From Mobula hypostoma (taxonomy: Eukaryota): 64,000 bases of DNA. Under the pieces are notes generated by a model. The model did no database searches and had not been told where the DNA came from. It saw nothing but the letters and a program-made list of their open reading frames with translations. The stretch lies in contig NC_086097.1 of NCBI RefSeq assembly GCF_963921235.1, positions 187,738,001 through 187,802,000 on the forward strand, in the 5' to 3' direction. Position 1 is the first letter of the stretch. Each line of letters begins with the position of its first letter. The position numbers were made by a program, and so were the translations under genes. Below, piece by piece: positions 25,153-38,189 of the stretch.

Positions 25153-26867
25153 GTAAGAGCTGATAAATATGTACATAATATGCATATGTGCATTTCAGAG
25201 TAATATCTTTCATGACAAAATGTTCACGTTAATTTTGCTAGAAAATGTGTCTTTTAATCTTAATATATACACACCTAGTAGCTGTTAATGTAGATAGTGT
25301 AGAGTAATCAATGAATGTGTGGGATGGATGTGGCCTTGCTTAGCATTGTTTATTTCAGGCTAAAAAAGTAACAGAGGGTAGGGTCACCATCTAATCATGT
25401 TTTACCTCACCACATTTTGATAAATAGTTTTGAAAATTTTACACTGCATGTTCTCTCTTTGTCAAATTCTTAATCCTTTCAGTCAAGTAACATTCAGGAT
25501 TGAAAAATGATATAACTCAAAAACAGAATTAACACTTCCACACACTTAAAAAGGTAAATGCTAGAATTGCATGTCTATATTGAACCGTCGATAGTTACAT
25601 GGAAAACTAGGCCAATACAGTTGCTGAGAAATCATATTATGCAATCATAGTTTCAGAAAAGCTGAAGCAGGACTATTTAAGTTTAAGTTTGTTGGTTATC
25701 CAGCTGAAGAATTACCCCAGTTCCTTCCACTCACCATGAAAGCTTCCTGACCTCCTGAAAATTTCCAGTATTCTTTATTTTTATTGCAGATTTCTAGTAT
25801 TTGCAATATTTCATGTCAAGATAATTTACTTTTACAGCTTTTATTTAATTGAGCAAAATTTATTAGGCATTTTTATTTTGTTAAACTTTGCAGTTTTATA
25901 ACTAAATTTTAACGTTTGAATAATTTTTATTGCATTTGAGGGTACATTTACAGTAGATAGCAGACACTGAAACATTGATCAGAATGATATTTTCAATTGA
26001 TACTCACAGTATTGCAGACTTTTACTGCCCTCATTTATCTGCAATTGTTGTGAAAATAACTTGGGAAAAGTTTTCAAACAGTATATTTTATTGCCTATAG
26101 TTTTCAAGAAAATATTTTAAAGCTTTCATTTTTACACATCCTATTTGGCCTTCAACAGCCTTAGAAACATAAACTGCTGAGCAGACAGAGCTGTGATTGA
26201 TGGTTACTGAATGATACAGTGAATGATAAGAGAATTAATGTCACATTGTTCAGTGCAGAGGCTAATTATATATAGTACAACAAGTCTTCTGTATCGGAGC
26301 TTGGTCTATTGTTTATTTTAGCTGTTCCAATCAATCTTATTTCATCCCTTTACCCTCTCCCCACCCCACAAATGCTACCAATGGTTTCTTGCAGTCTGTT
26401 GAAATTGGGTCAAATTTTATGATGTATGGAGAGTTGGGCAAGTTATGAATAAATAAAATAAAACTGAGCCCAAAAATGATGGTGTCAATACTATATGCTG
26501 ATCCACAGTAAGCAGACCAGGTTAGGATGAAATGGCAGATAATGCTCCTTCACCAATTTTGTTTTTAGGTATCATTTCCATTACTTTAAATGTCCTGCAT
26601 CTATGCACTTAAAGGGTTGTGTAGTTTATGATTGAAAATAGCCGCTGCATTGCAGAGTCCTTGATATGCTTTTTTGAAGAGAAAGTCTCAGGTGGAAAAA
26701 GATTGGAAGTTAGGAAAGCCCAGGATTTTCAGATTGGGTTTTAAACAATCTTACGATTGTTTCTAAAATGGTTCTTTAAGGAGGTGCACCCCATAGGAAA
26801 TGAATGCACCTATGTGATCAGACTTTTTATAACTGAGGAAATGAATGAAAATCTTCTCTATATATAG

Positions 26868-28890
26868 CAGAGGTGGCCAGACAGCAGCTCGTAACCCACA
26901 TGCAGCCTTTCCGCTTTAAGTGTCATGCTCAGATTCCACACAAGACAAATATTTATTCTGGTCCATCAGTATATATTAAGTAGAAGGATACTGAGAAGCT
27001 ACTCATTCAGCACACAGTATCCTCCGACCTCACCAGGAATGCAATGGAAAGGCAATGTCCCATTATGTTAGTAAATGCTCACTGGGGATTGAGAGAAAGT
27101 GCTATGAAAACCAATGCACTTCACCTTCTAATCGCATGAGACTGGCCATAAAATGTACACTACATTTTGGGATTGTGGGATATATTGATGGTCAGACTGC
27201 ATTCAGCCAAAGGAAAGCCTGATAGTTCCCTGAAGGATATTTCTTTTGTTTGGAGGATCTATACAAAGGAAGTTGCTCTCGCTATTATTAAAATCCAAGT
27301 GTCCATTGACCGACAATAATTTTAAGGATCAAACGAAGAGATGAAAAAGAAATGAGAAATGTAGGCCAGAAAGAAATAAGAGTTTGCATTTACTATTTAC
27401 AAAGGCAAGCCACTATGTATTATGAGCAAAGTATTACTTATTACAAAGTGATTACCTGGAATGAATCAAAAGTCTACATCCAAAAATATTGTCTTGGAAA
27501 AGCATCAAGGAAAAACAAAGGAAACTACTTCAAAGTCATGTCTAAACAGCTAATTAACATCACGAAGGCTGAGAGAACAAGAGAACAGAGTTCTAAAGTT
27601 CAGAAATTTATTCATATTCTGGTGGAGAAATTATTAAGAAAGTATTGTAGAACAGGCTGCAACTGTAGACCATAAGACCATAAGACATACAAGCAAGACA
27701 TAGGAACAAAATTAGGTCATTCAATCCATTGAGTCTGCTCCGCCATTCCATCATGGCTAACTTATTATCCCTCAACCCCATTCTCCTGTCTTCTTCCCAT
27801 AACCTTTGATGGCCTCACGAATCAAGAACCTATCACCCTCCACTTCAAATATACCCAATGAAATATACCCATCCACAGCAAATTCCACAGTTTCACCACC
27901 CTCTGGCTAAAGAAATTCCTCATCATCTCTGTTCTAAAGGGGTGTTCTTCTATTCTGTGATTGTGCCCTCTGGTCCTTGACTCCCCCACTATAGGAAACA
28001 TCTTCTCCACTTTCATCTGTCTCGGTCTTTCAACATTTGATAGATTTAATTGGGATCCCACTCATTCTTCTAAACTCTAACAAGTACAAAATCAGAGTCC
28101 TGAAATGCTCCTCATACATTAACCCTTTCATTCCCAGGGTCATGCTCTGAATCTCCTCTGGGCCTTCTCCAATGCCAGCACATCCTTTCTTAGGTAAGGG
28201 GCCCAAAGCTGCTCATGATACATCAAGTGCAGTCTGACCAGTGCTTTATAAAACCTCACCATTCCATCCTTGCTTTTACTGTATATACTTGTTCTCTCAA
28301 AATGAACATCAAAATTGCATTTGCCTTCCTTACCACTGACTCAACCTGCCAGTTAACCTTTAGGGAATCCTGTATGAGGACACCCAAGTTCCTTTGCACC
28401 TCTGATTTCTGAATTTGTTCTTCATTTAGAAAATAATGCATGCCTTTATTCCTTCTACAAAAGTGCATGGACATGTACTTCCCTACACTGTATACCATCT
28501 GCCACTTCTTCGCCCATTTTACTAATCCACCTTAAGTCCCTATACAGACTCGTTGCTTCCACAACAGTACCAGTCCCTCCACTTATCTTTGTATCATCTG
28601 CAACTTGGCCACAAATCCATCAATTTCATTATCCAATTCATTAACATATAACATGAAAAGAAGCAGTCCCAAAACTGACACCTGCAGTACACCACTAGTC
28701 AAAAGCACCCAACCTGAAACAGTCCATGTTTCCCACTCTTTACCTCCTGCCAGTTACCCAATCCTCTACTCAAACTCCAGGAGGACAAAGCTTTAAAGAT
28801 GATGCACAAATCACAATATACAATTGGATATTGTTGACAAGTGCCAAAAATAAAGTATCTTCAACTTAAGTCTAGTGAACAAAGTATGAA
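26868..28890 (+). mobile_element. Decayed hAT (Charlie-like) transposon, split by a CR1 insertion
   Basis: hAT-like left end CAGAGGTGGCCAGACAGCAGCTCGTAACCCACATGCAGC. Peptide remnants EFAFTIYKGKPLCIM (27380) and SYSGGEIIKK (27612). Confidence 0.5.
27670..28760 (-). mobile_element. CR1 LINE 3' fragment
   Basis: Minus strand reads NFFSQRVVKLWN and QRNLGVLIQDSLKVNWQVESVVRKANAIL, with a (TCTTATGG)n tail. Same subfamily as 58550-60580. Confidence 0.88.
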
Positions 28891-29400
28891 TAATTGCACT
28901 CTATAACAAAGTTCATCAAATCAAAGACTATTGAACAGACTTCTTGGATGATGAGATGGACTCCTCACCTCATGATTTACCTCATTATGACTTTACCCCA
29001 TAATCTCTACTTGCACTGTAACTTTCTCTGCAACTGTTACACTATATTGTGCCTATCACCTGCCAGTTTGTACTCCCTCCCCTCTCCCCACCTTCATATT
29101 CTGGCTTCTTCCACCTTCTTTGCAATCCTGATGAAGGGTCCCAGTTGGAAAAAAAACTGTTTATTCCTCTCCATGGACCTGCTGAGTTCCTCCATCATTT
29201 TGTGTATTGCTCTGGATTTCCAGCATCTGCAGAATCTCTTGTGCTTACTATATTCTGCACTCTGCTTTGGCTTTTCCCTTGTTCTACCTCAATGTACTGA
29301 TGTGAAATAATCTATATGGATTGCATGCAAAAGTAAAGTTTTTTCACTGTACAACGGTACATGTGACGATAATTAACCAAATACCATTTACCAATTATCA
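28890..29400 (+). mobile_element. Rex-type LINE 3' tail with a nested Penelope terminus
   Basis: Matches the minus-strand tail at about 48975-49150 and ends ...catgtgacgataattaaccaa. Confidence 0.6.
29053..29246 (+). mobile_element. Penelope terminal-repeat insertion with a hammerhead core remnant; 12 bp TSD
   Basis: TSD ACTATATTGTGC (29041-29052) / ACTATATTCTGC (29247-29258). CTGATGA-AGGGTC...GAAA at 29128-29151. Confidence 0.75.
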
Positions 29401-29688
29401 ATAACCTTTCCAAAAACTTAAATCCAGTGTGTCGACTTGCTGACCTCCTAATCAGCCATGACGTAGGTCACAAGTATTTAGTGTTGATTTTCTATCTATA
29501 AGATGATGTTTTAGCGATTAAAAATGCATGCAGAAAAGTCATAAGTGACTTGTATATTATCACATGTGGATCCATATATAGGCTGTGGTTATTATTGAGC
29601 GAGGTACAAGAAGTTAGTTTGCATCATGGTAATATTACTAAAAATAGGCTTGCTTCATTCAGAAATCCCTTAATACAGTGTATGTACG

Positions 29689-29978
29689 AATTTATTTATT
29701 TAGTGACACAGCACGGAGTAGGCCCTTCAGCCCTTTGAGTCACACCACTGCAGCAACCCCACAACCCCGATTAACCCTCACCTAATCACAGGACAATTTA
29801 CAATGACCAATTGACCTACTACCCAATACATCTCTGGACGGTGGGAGGAAACCAGAGCACCTGGGAAAAGCCACAGGGAGGACATACAGAAGCTCCTTAT
29901 GGAATGGCACCAGAGTTGAACCCAAAGTCTGGAACGCCCTGAACTGAAATAGCATCATGCTAATCACAACACTACCGT
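29689..29978 (-). mobile_element. V-SINE (HE1-like)
   Basis: tRNA-like head, V-domain GGTGCTCTGGTTTCCTCCCAC, CR1-like 3' end and (AAAT)n tail. Confidence 0.8.
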
Positions 29979-30414
29979 AAGCTAGTGTCTATAGGTTTGG
30001 CCCTGCCTATATCTTAGTTTTAATTATCTAAATACTACAGAATGCAAACATAGTATATTACTGTGCACTCTAAAAATAGTTATGATCAAAGTAGCTTCAC
30101 AGGCTGTATTTCCACAGGAAACTAGAACAGCAGGAATGCCAGGTCTGTTGATGGAGTGTGCGTAGTTAAGATTCATCATTACATTAGGGACCAGCTGGCT
30201 AAGATAAAGCTGTCTTGTAATTAATTTTATTATTATACATAATTTTATTCATTTATTCTCACTTCATACAAAATATCCAACTATACTAGTGGGACACAGC
30301 AGTCAGTTCCATATTCTGAAGCTACCAATGTAATGACTATTTACAAATGTTTCAAAATTTTTGGCTATAGAAGTCACATGAAAGACTCATCAATTGCTTG
30401 CAAATTCAAATGAA

Positions 30415-31000
30415 TTTAAACTTCAAAGGTTCATTTTATTCTCAATGTATGCATGCACAATACAACTCTGATATTCGTCTTTCCCCGGATAACCATGAAA
30501 TGCAGAAAAACAACTACAGAAGCCATTGAAAGAACAGACAGCAACCCCCTCCCTAAATAAAAAGGAAAAAGAACACCCCTCCCACTCCTTCTCTCACACA
30601 AAAGCTGACAGATCGCCCACATGGAAAACAAGAGCTGGAACACCAAACATCAAACCCCCAATTCCCTCCCTCACAAAAAACAGTGAAAATAACATCAAAC
30701 CCCCTCCCTGGCAAAAATGTACAACAATAACATCAGACCTCTAAACACACTCTCATGCACAAAAACTAAAAGATCACCCACAGAGAACCAACACAAACAT
30801 TAGACCCCAAATCCCCAACCCCTGTCTCTCTCAAAAACTAACGTCACTCACTCAGAACCCCAACCCGCCAATTGACAACAAGAAAGAAAACACAGAAAAC
30901 TGAAGGAGAGCAATATAAACTACACTTCAATAATCACAATTCTAAGAATTTCAAAAACATCCTCCACAGCAGAATCCAGCTCAGTCCTTCCATAAAGAGT
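30415..31000 (-). mobile_element. Retroposon 3' tail (Rex-type) with degenerate internal AACATCAAACCCC repeats
   Basis: Tail ...ATCAGAGTTGTATTGTGCATGCATACATTGAGAATAAAATGAACCTTTGAA. Repeated motif at about 30647, 30691 and 30796. Confidence 0.5.
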
Positions 31001-32499
31001 GACCGATCATGCAGGAACAATATTTGTGACTTTCATACGCTGTCACAGATAGGCACACAAAATATACACTTCAACAGTTCTTCAGCTCTGCACTTCTGGC
31101 TCCTTCAAAAATGTTTTTTAAAAGTTGTCGTCTTGATCAATCTTTCAATCAACCATTCAGAGATCTCCTTCCTTCACTAAACTCTCATTGGTTTTTCTAT
31201 TTATTCTTTAGTAAACACCTTGGAATTTTATTTTTACACAAAAGCATCATCTACTTGCAAACCTATTGCTACTGCATTTGAATGCTAACATATTTTTATC
31301 TGAGATGCATCATTTTTCTGTAGTTTCCTTTTCAATTTCACATGTATTTAAGTTCATAATAATGCGTACACAAAGTATTTGAGTTATTATAATTATTTAC
31401 ATGATAAATATATCTATCATATCTAACATTTTGTATCCAGTGCCTTGAGCTAGAAGGTGAATAAAGAGAAGCCCTTACTCTGCTCCCATGATATGTTTTT
31501 CATTGCACTAGTTTTCTGAAGATTAATGTTTTGGTTTATGACATCTATCATTGTATAATGGCTCAATTGATTGCCCCCAAATTATTATCCATGTGCCCTG
31601 CATTTATGTTCCCTCAAAGCCACTTCAACACTGAAAGTAAAATATGCTATATCATGTCGACAAAGGTTCTTAAACATTATCAGTGCTACCAACATGTGAT
31701 ATTTCATTTTTGAGTTTTCCATCTGGCAAGATGGTAGGTCATAAATGCGACCTATTTTGTAATTAAATTAAGTGATCAGCACCTCTGAATTTGTGATAAG
31801 CTTTAGGCCAGCTGTTAATTTCCTTGGGTCTGCAATTTGTGGCATTGCCTTGTGAAAGCTGGTGTGACTGACAATGCCCTTAATGTCAATCATGCTAACA
31901 GCTGGTAGGGAAAATTTACCTTTGACCACAGCCCCATCATCTATTAAATTCTGGTCTCAAGCCACAAAGCACCCATCAACCTCCTTCTCCCCTCCACACT
32001 CCATCAAGCTCTTACCTGAAGGAAAGCTGTAGATTATGCTCCATGCAGTTTGGGTATGTACAGTTTCAGAAGGGGTACAGAAAAAATTTACTAGAATAGT
32101 ACTAGAGATAAAGGCTGCAATTACATTGAGAGACTGGGAAACTAGAGTTGTTCTCCATGGTGCAAAGAAGATTAAGGGAATATTTGAGAAAAGGAAAAAA
32201 TGAATTTGATAGAATAAATAATACAAAAAACATTTACAATAACAAGTGGATTAGAAATCATGGCTTTCAATTAGAACCAATAATCATATATTCATTTGGT
32301 TACATAGGGTGCGGCACCTAAAGAAAAGTGGGTGCATGTTTAAAGAGTGGAAACATTTTTCGAGCTTTAGGGGATGAATAAAAGTAATGGATATTTTAAC
32401 GAGCTAGTACAGCGATGATGTCCTATACCATATTATTTTTGGTGATTCTTTGCTTACTTCCAGGTCATTGCATGTCAAACTATTTATTTGGTATATAAA

Positions 32500-32945
32500 T
32501 TTACAAGGCTGTTGCCTGGATTGGGGAGCATGCCTCATGAGAATACGTTTCTCCTTGGAGCGACAGAGGATGGTAGGTGACCTGACAGAGGTGTATAAGA
32601 TGATGAGAGGCGTTGATCATGTGGATAGCCAGAGGCTTTTTCCCCGGGCTGAAATGGCTGGCACAAGAGGGCACAGTTTTAAGGTGCTTGGAAGTAGGGA
32701 CAGAGGAGATATCAGGGGTAAGTCTTTTTTACGCAGAGAGTGGTGAGTGCATGGAATGGGCTGCCAGCAACGGTGCTGGAGGTGGATACGATGGTGTCTT
32801 TTAAGAGACTCCTGGACAGGTACAAGGAGCTCATAAAAATAGAGGGTTATTGGTAACCCTAGGTAATTCCTAAGGTAAGGACATGTTCGGTACAGCTTTG
32901 TTGGTTGAAGGGCCTGTATTGTGCTGTAGGTTTTCTATGTTTCTG
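32500..32945 (+). mobile_element. CR1 LINE 3' fragment
   Basis: Reads FSLERQRMVGDLTEVYKMMRGVDHVDSQRLFP, with tail TTTCTATGTTTCT. Confidence 0.9.
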
Positions 32946-33514
32946 CGATGCCTTAGAATGTTCCTGAAAGGGAAAGAAGATAAAGTAAGGTCCAATCTAC
33001 TGTATATCTAAGTCTTTCAGATTCTTAGATAAATGTTGCCTTCCCCCGGTTAAGAGGAAAACATATTCACTGTAATTGAACATCTCTTGGTATTATTTCC
33101 AGGCACAATTTTGTCTTTTGTTCTTGTGTAAAAAAAAATTCAAGCTGCATACAAGCAAACTGGAAGCAATTTTCTGCCACTGCCTCTTGACAGGCAACTT
33201 TGCCTGTCCGGAGTACACAGCATTTTAAGTGGGTGTTTGGAAAGTATAATATAATCTACGCCTGTGTTTCTGTTGATTTGAGGACTTATAAGTCCATTGT
33301 TTTTGTTTAACGATTGGAACTCCTTGGCTCATTCACTGGCTTTAGGATCGCTCACTGCTCCTCCAAATCCTCATGATGATGTTAAATAGATTCTTGTATA
33401 ATTGCCTTGCACTTCTGGCACTTTATACCAGACATAATAAAGCTCAATTTCTAGGATAATCATTATGCATCATAAGAATCCCTGAAAAATATGACTGTGT
33501 CTAACCATTTTTCA

Positions 33515-34330
33515 AACATTCATGATTAACCTTTTTTCCCTAGGTTTCAAGGATGATTTGCTTCCACTGGTTTTGTGGATTTTAAGGTGATTAATGAGAC
33601 CACTGTGAGAAGTGCAGACTTCTGCATAGATGGAGCAGAAGATAGCTGGGGGGCAAGACAGGTGGAAGTTTTGCAAGGTGGTGTGATCCATCCAGCGTTC
33701 AGAACTACCGATGTATAGATTCGAGATTCTCAATACTGTCTTAATACATTTGCTCCATGACTGTCCAGAGATTCAGAAGACTCTGTGGCACTGTTACATT
33801 TTTCACAGAAGCTTTGAGCACATCTTTTAAAGTTATACTGTGCCCATCTCTTTCTCTAACAGAGCGTGGAATCAAGTGCCTGTTTCAAAAATCTCATATA
33901 GAATCTGTCCAGCACAAACTGTCTAATGGAATTGAGTAAATGTTGCTAGTGACTCAGTACTTGAGATGAGAGAGTAAACTAATGTTGGGTCACTTACCGT
34001 CCCGTGAAGATTTTGGAGCGATGCCATTGATGGTTCAGGTTGAGTTCAGGTTTCAGCAGAAAGTGTAAAGGAAGGCTTGCATCACTGCCTCATGGTAAAC
34101 TATAAGCCATATCTGAAGTCTGTATCTTCAAATACCTTTTTCCTCAATCCATACACATAATCCCTTCACTAATTGCCTTTTCTGAGCAGTGGCTCCCAAG
34201 ATGTGCAAAGTAGCTCATGTTTTTTCAAGGTCGTGGCATAATTATTATCAGAGGGTATGTCATACCCAGAGGGTATGTTGTACCAAAAGGGTAGTTTTGT
34301 AAAGACCTTTCTGTTATGGCTATTGAATGG
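33515..34330 (-). mobile_element. Decayed RTE-clade LINE 3' fragment
   Basis: Minus strand reads CSIYAEVCTSHSGLINHLKIH, resembling the RTE C-terminal C2H2 motif. Confidence 0.55.
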
Positions 34331-35650
34331 TTGCTTATAGTTTCTTATGCGTCAGTGCTCAAGTTGATGATACCATGAAGCTCAGCTTCCAAGTGTGCAC
34401 AGCTCAAGTTCAAGTTTGATTGGCATTCAATTGTACACACAAATACAATCAAATGAAACAGCATTCCTCTGGGGCCATGGTACAAAATGCAGTACCGACA
34501 GTCAGAAACAGCACAGGGCACATATACTACATTAGCAGTAAAACATGCTGTTGCAAAAAAAAAAGAGCCCAAGTCCCTTAGTGTCATGGCCCGTAGACTG
34601 ATGGTGTATGGGATGTTGTCCTGGAGACATGTTTCTGCAAGAACGAGCATGCAGCAGCCGTCATCGTGTGCTAGTGCAGCCAAAGGTGAACACAATCCAG
34701 CTTGACCTTCTCCAAGCAATCACTGGAGGGCCGTACTGTTGAGAGGGGCCAGCCCTCAACACAGCACAGACTCCAGCTCTCTCCCACACCACTTCTGAGG
34801 TCTCCTTCCCTGGGCAGGTTCAACTGGCGTGTGAGCCTGGTCCGTGCAACAATGGAGGCCGCACAGCTTCCCCATTGTTGGTCTCATCAATGAAATTGCA
34901 TTGTTCTACATTAGCAATGTCCAAGAAAATCATTTGTAGTGTGCACTGCCTCTGTACACCACTTTTGGTGCTGTCCATCTTGGGCTGCTGTAGTAGGCAG
35001 TGACATGGTACATGACAAACCCAGCTCCACTGCTAATGAGCAACTCATTTGTGGGGTAGACCTGCACTACTTGATCTTAATATCCAGCAGTATCTTGCGA
35101 TCATAAAAAAAGTCCTTTGTTCCACCCAGAGAAACTGCTGGGACCACCATCTTACCAGAAACTGTAAGGGTCTTCTGCGTACTTTCAGCATGACTACTGA
35201 GGTATGGATAACGTTGGTTCTGGAGATTAATTGTCTAAGGTTAAACAGTTGCATTCATACGGTTAGAGGGGAGATGGAACATTGCAGCAAAATTGAGAAG
35301 ACTGCTGGGCCAGAACAACAGGATTGCTTGACATTAGTCTTTGTTGAAATCATACAAGCCATGAGCCTAATCAACAGGTCAATAGCATAACTTTATGGAC
35401 CATCTAAACAACCATTAGCTGGAACTTTTGTAATTCAGGATCCTTGTTTCTGCTTTAGATTCATTTTCAGAAACCGGACAGAACTGAGCATGATTAGGAT
35501 TATTCAGCAACTGCAATCAGTAGTTATTGTAATAAGTTAATATTTTCATAGTTGCTATTCCAACTAATTAAATATATTCTGATTAGCAGATGCAATTTCT
35601 TACCAGATGTCACAAAGAGCCTCTGTTGTTAACGTTGCATCAGATGTCTC

Positions 35651-35749
35651 GTTCTAAGCAACACCCACAAAATGCTGGAGAAACTGAGCAGGCCAGGCAG
35701 CATCTATGGAAAAGAGTATAGTTGATGTTTTTGGCCGAGACCCTTCATT
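35651..35749 (-). mobile_element. About 99 bp Penelope-terminus insertion with a decayed hammerhead motif
   Basis: Minus strand ATGAAGGGTCTCGGCCAAAAACATCAACT... is homologous to 21407-21497. Probable TSD ATGTCTC at 35644-35650 and 35750-35756. Confidence 0.75.
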
Positions 35750-36145
35750 ATGTCTCTCCCTCCCACCTCCCCCCACTGTCTCCCCTTATCTTTATAATTA
35801 AGAACTTGAATTAAGATCAAACTTTGCTCAAGAAATTTGATGACTGTACTTACTTAGAGCAGCTTCATGTCACTGAAAACGTTTTTACACTTTTACATAC
35901 TGACAGTTATATTTTCATTTGACAGAAATTGTTTCTTCTAAAGAAAGTAGCAAATTGACCTTTAACTTGTTTTTAATACACTTAAACTGCTATAACATTC
36001 AATTGGAAGTTGTTTGCTCCAATTGCACAGTGTGAAGCGATGCAGTTTGTTAAGGTCCTAGGTCAAAGGGCACAGGTTGATAAGAGGTTGGGGGGGGGAG
36101 CGTATGGGTTGCTGGCTAATCATCTGAGCCATAGCATATAGGTAC

Positions 36146-36790
36146 AGATTCAAGATTCAAAAAACTTTATTGTCATTCTAACCGTACATCAGCTCTGCAG
36201 GGCAGAATGAACAGCATTTCTCAGGGGCAGTGCAATCATAACATCATAAATGCAACACTAAGTAATAAACGTAACAATAAATAGTAAAACACAGCAGCCA
36301 CATGTCAGTTAAAATCAGTTATAAGTGTCCAGTTCAAGTTAAAAGTGTCCAAAACAGAGTCAGGTGGAGCAGCTATTTAGCAGTCTGACTGCCTGTGGGA
36401 GGAAGCTGTTTAGTAGCCTTGTGGTTTTAGTTTTGATGCTCCTGTAACGTTTGCCTGATGGCAGAAGAACAAACAGTTCATGCAGAGGGTGTGAGGGGTT
36501 TTTAATGATGTACCGTGTCTTCTGGAGGCATGGACTCTGAAAGAGGTCTTGGAGACCCCAATGACCTTCTCTGCTCCCCTAACCACCCTCTGCAAGGCTT
36601 TTTTGTCGACAGCACTGCAGCTGGAGTACCAGGTTGTGATGCAAAAGGTCAGCACCACTCTCAACCACGCCTCTGTAGAATGTAGTTAAGATGTCAGTGG
36701 GGAGTGATGCTTGTTTAAGCTTCCTCAGAAAGTGCAATCTCTGCTGGGCCCGTTTCACAATCCCAGTGGTGTTCCTGGACCAGGTGAGAG
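36146..36790 (-). mobile_element. Rex-type LINE 3' fragment
   Basis: Reads TWSRNTTGIVKRAQQRLHFLRKLKQA...FYRGVVES, with a (TTGAATC)n tail. Confidence 0.85.
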
Positions 36791-37310
36791 GCATGGTACG
36801 AATTTATGAAACTACACCTGGAAAACTGTGTGCAGTTTTAGTTCTCACACAAAAGGAGGGGCATGGTTACACTGGAGAGGCTGCAGAGATTTACAATAAT
36901 GTTGCCTGGGTTAAAACATTTCAGTTAAAAAAGAAGTTACATTAGCTGTGTTTACTTTATAGCAGGGAAGGCTGAGGTATACTACCAAAATTTTGAGCAA
37001 CATAAATAGGGTAGTTTTCTCCTTAATACGGACTTCCAAAAGCAGAAGGTATAAATTGAAAGTGAAAAGTAAGAGCACTTGAAGGGATCTGAGGGGGAAA
37101 GCATCATCCAGACAATGGCTGGAGTCTGGAGTGTCCTGTCTGAGGTGATCAAAGTGGATAATCTCACAGCAGTTAAAACTAATCCCAATGAGCAATTCAA
37201 TAAAGGCTGTGGACCAAGTGCTGATTAATGGGATTATTATAGATAGGTACTTATAGTTGTATGAAAATGTTAAGCAAAAGAGTCTGCTTCTGTGCTGAAC
37301 AACTATAGAC
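36790..37310 (+). mobile_element. Old CR1 3' fragment
   Basis: Degenerate HLENCVQF and LERLQR motifs, and a CR1 tail ctgcttctgtgctg. Confidence 0.6.
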
Positions 37311-38189
37311 TCCATTATTTGGCAAAGAAATCCTCTGCACTTCACCAAGTACCCCTGCCGATGCTGCTGTAATCTTTCTCACTGTATACCTTTGCACAGA
37401 CTGGAGTCTGTGAAATGATCTGTAAGAGTGGTCAGTATAGAATATACAAATAATAACTTAAAATGTTTTTTGTCTGAGCATTTGATAAGATTGTTTCCAT
37501 GTTACCTTGCACACAATTGTGTGCCCCTGTTGGAAAGAAATGTACGTGTTAGCTAGACTGGAATAGCTGTTAATCAATCAGAATGTCTCCATTGAGGAAT
37601 TACCTGACATGATATTTGTTATCCAAAGGTATTAAAGAGTTAGAGAATGAAAAAAATTGCAAATCAATTTAACCTCAGCAGGGATTTCAGATTAGTCTGT
37701 TGCTGACTGTTCCAGGAACTGAATGTTGGTTACGTCGTCCTAAACCACAAAATATTTGAGGAAGTTCTACATTAGAGACTGTTGACTAAATAAGGGTCTC
37801 AAGGAATCTAAGGCTAATTATTGAACAGATGAGCTTCTATACTATCCTTTCTCTTGAAACATAATGAGTTATACTCACCAATCCTAAAATGTTCAGACTC
37901 TATCAGCTCTGTCACTAGGACTGGCATATTTTCCCAAAACTGGGTTCAGTGTGTTTTCTCCTTGAGTTGGATTCTCCACATACAGTTTCAAGAAATCCTC
38001 TTGAATGCACTCAAGAAATCCCACTTCATCAAGCCTTTTGTACAAAAGAAGTTCCAATCAATAATGGGGAAGTTAAAGTCCTTCACTATGACAACAACTC
38101 AGTTGTTCCTACACCTTTCCATAATCAGTCTACATACCTGTTCCTCCAACTCTTGGTGGCAAATTATGTAAATAATTACACTATTATAA

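Noticed and set aside
25153..25203. Read-through of the hinge exon ([16 protein letters not shown]) as a soluble isoform
   Set aside because: Strong AAG|GTAAGA donor and no supporting evidence; short open tails are expected by chance.
35212..35238. RWFWRL peptide resembling the next MT-MMP hemopexin exon
   Set aside because: Flanked by in-frame stops (35209-35211, 35236-35238), no splice acceptor, no downstream similarity; chance match.
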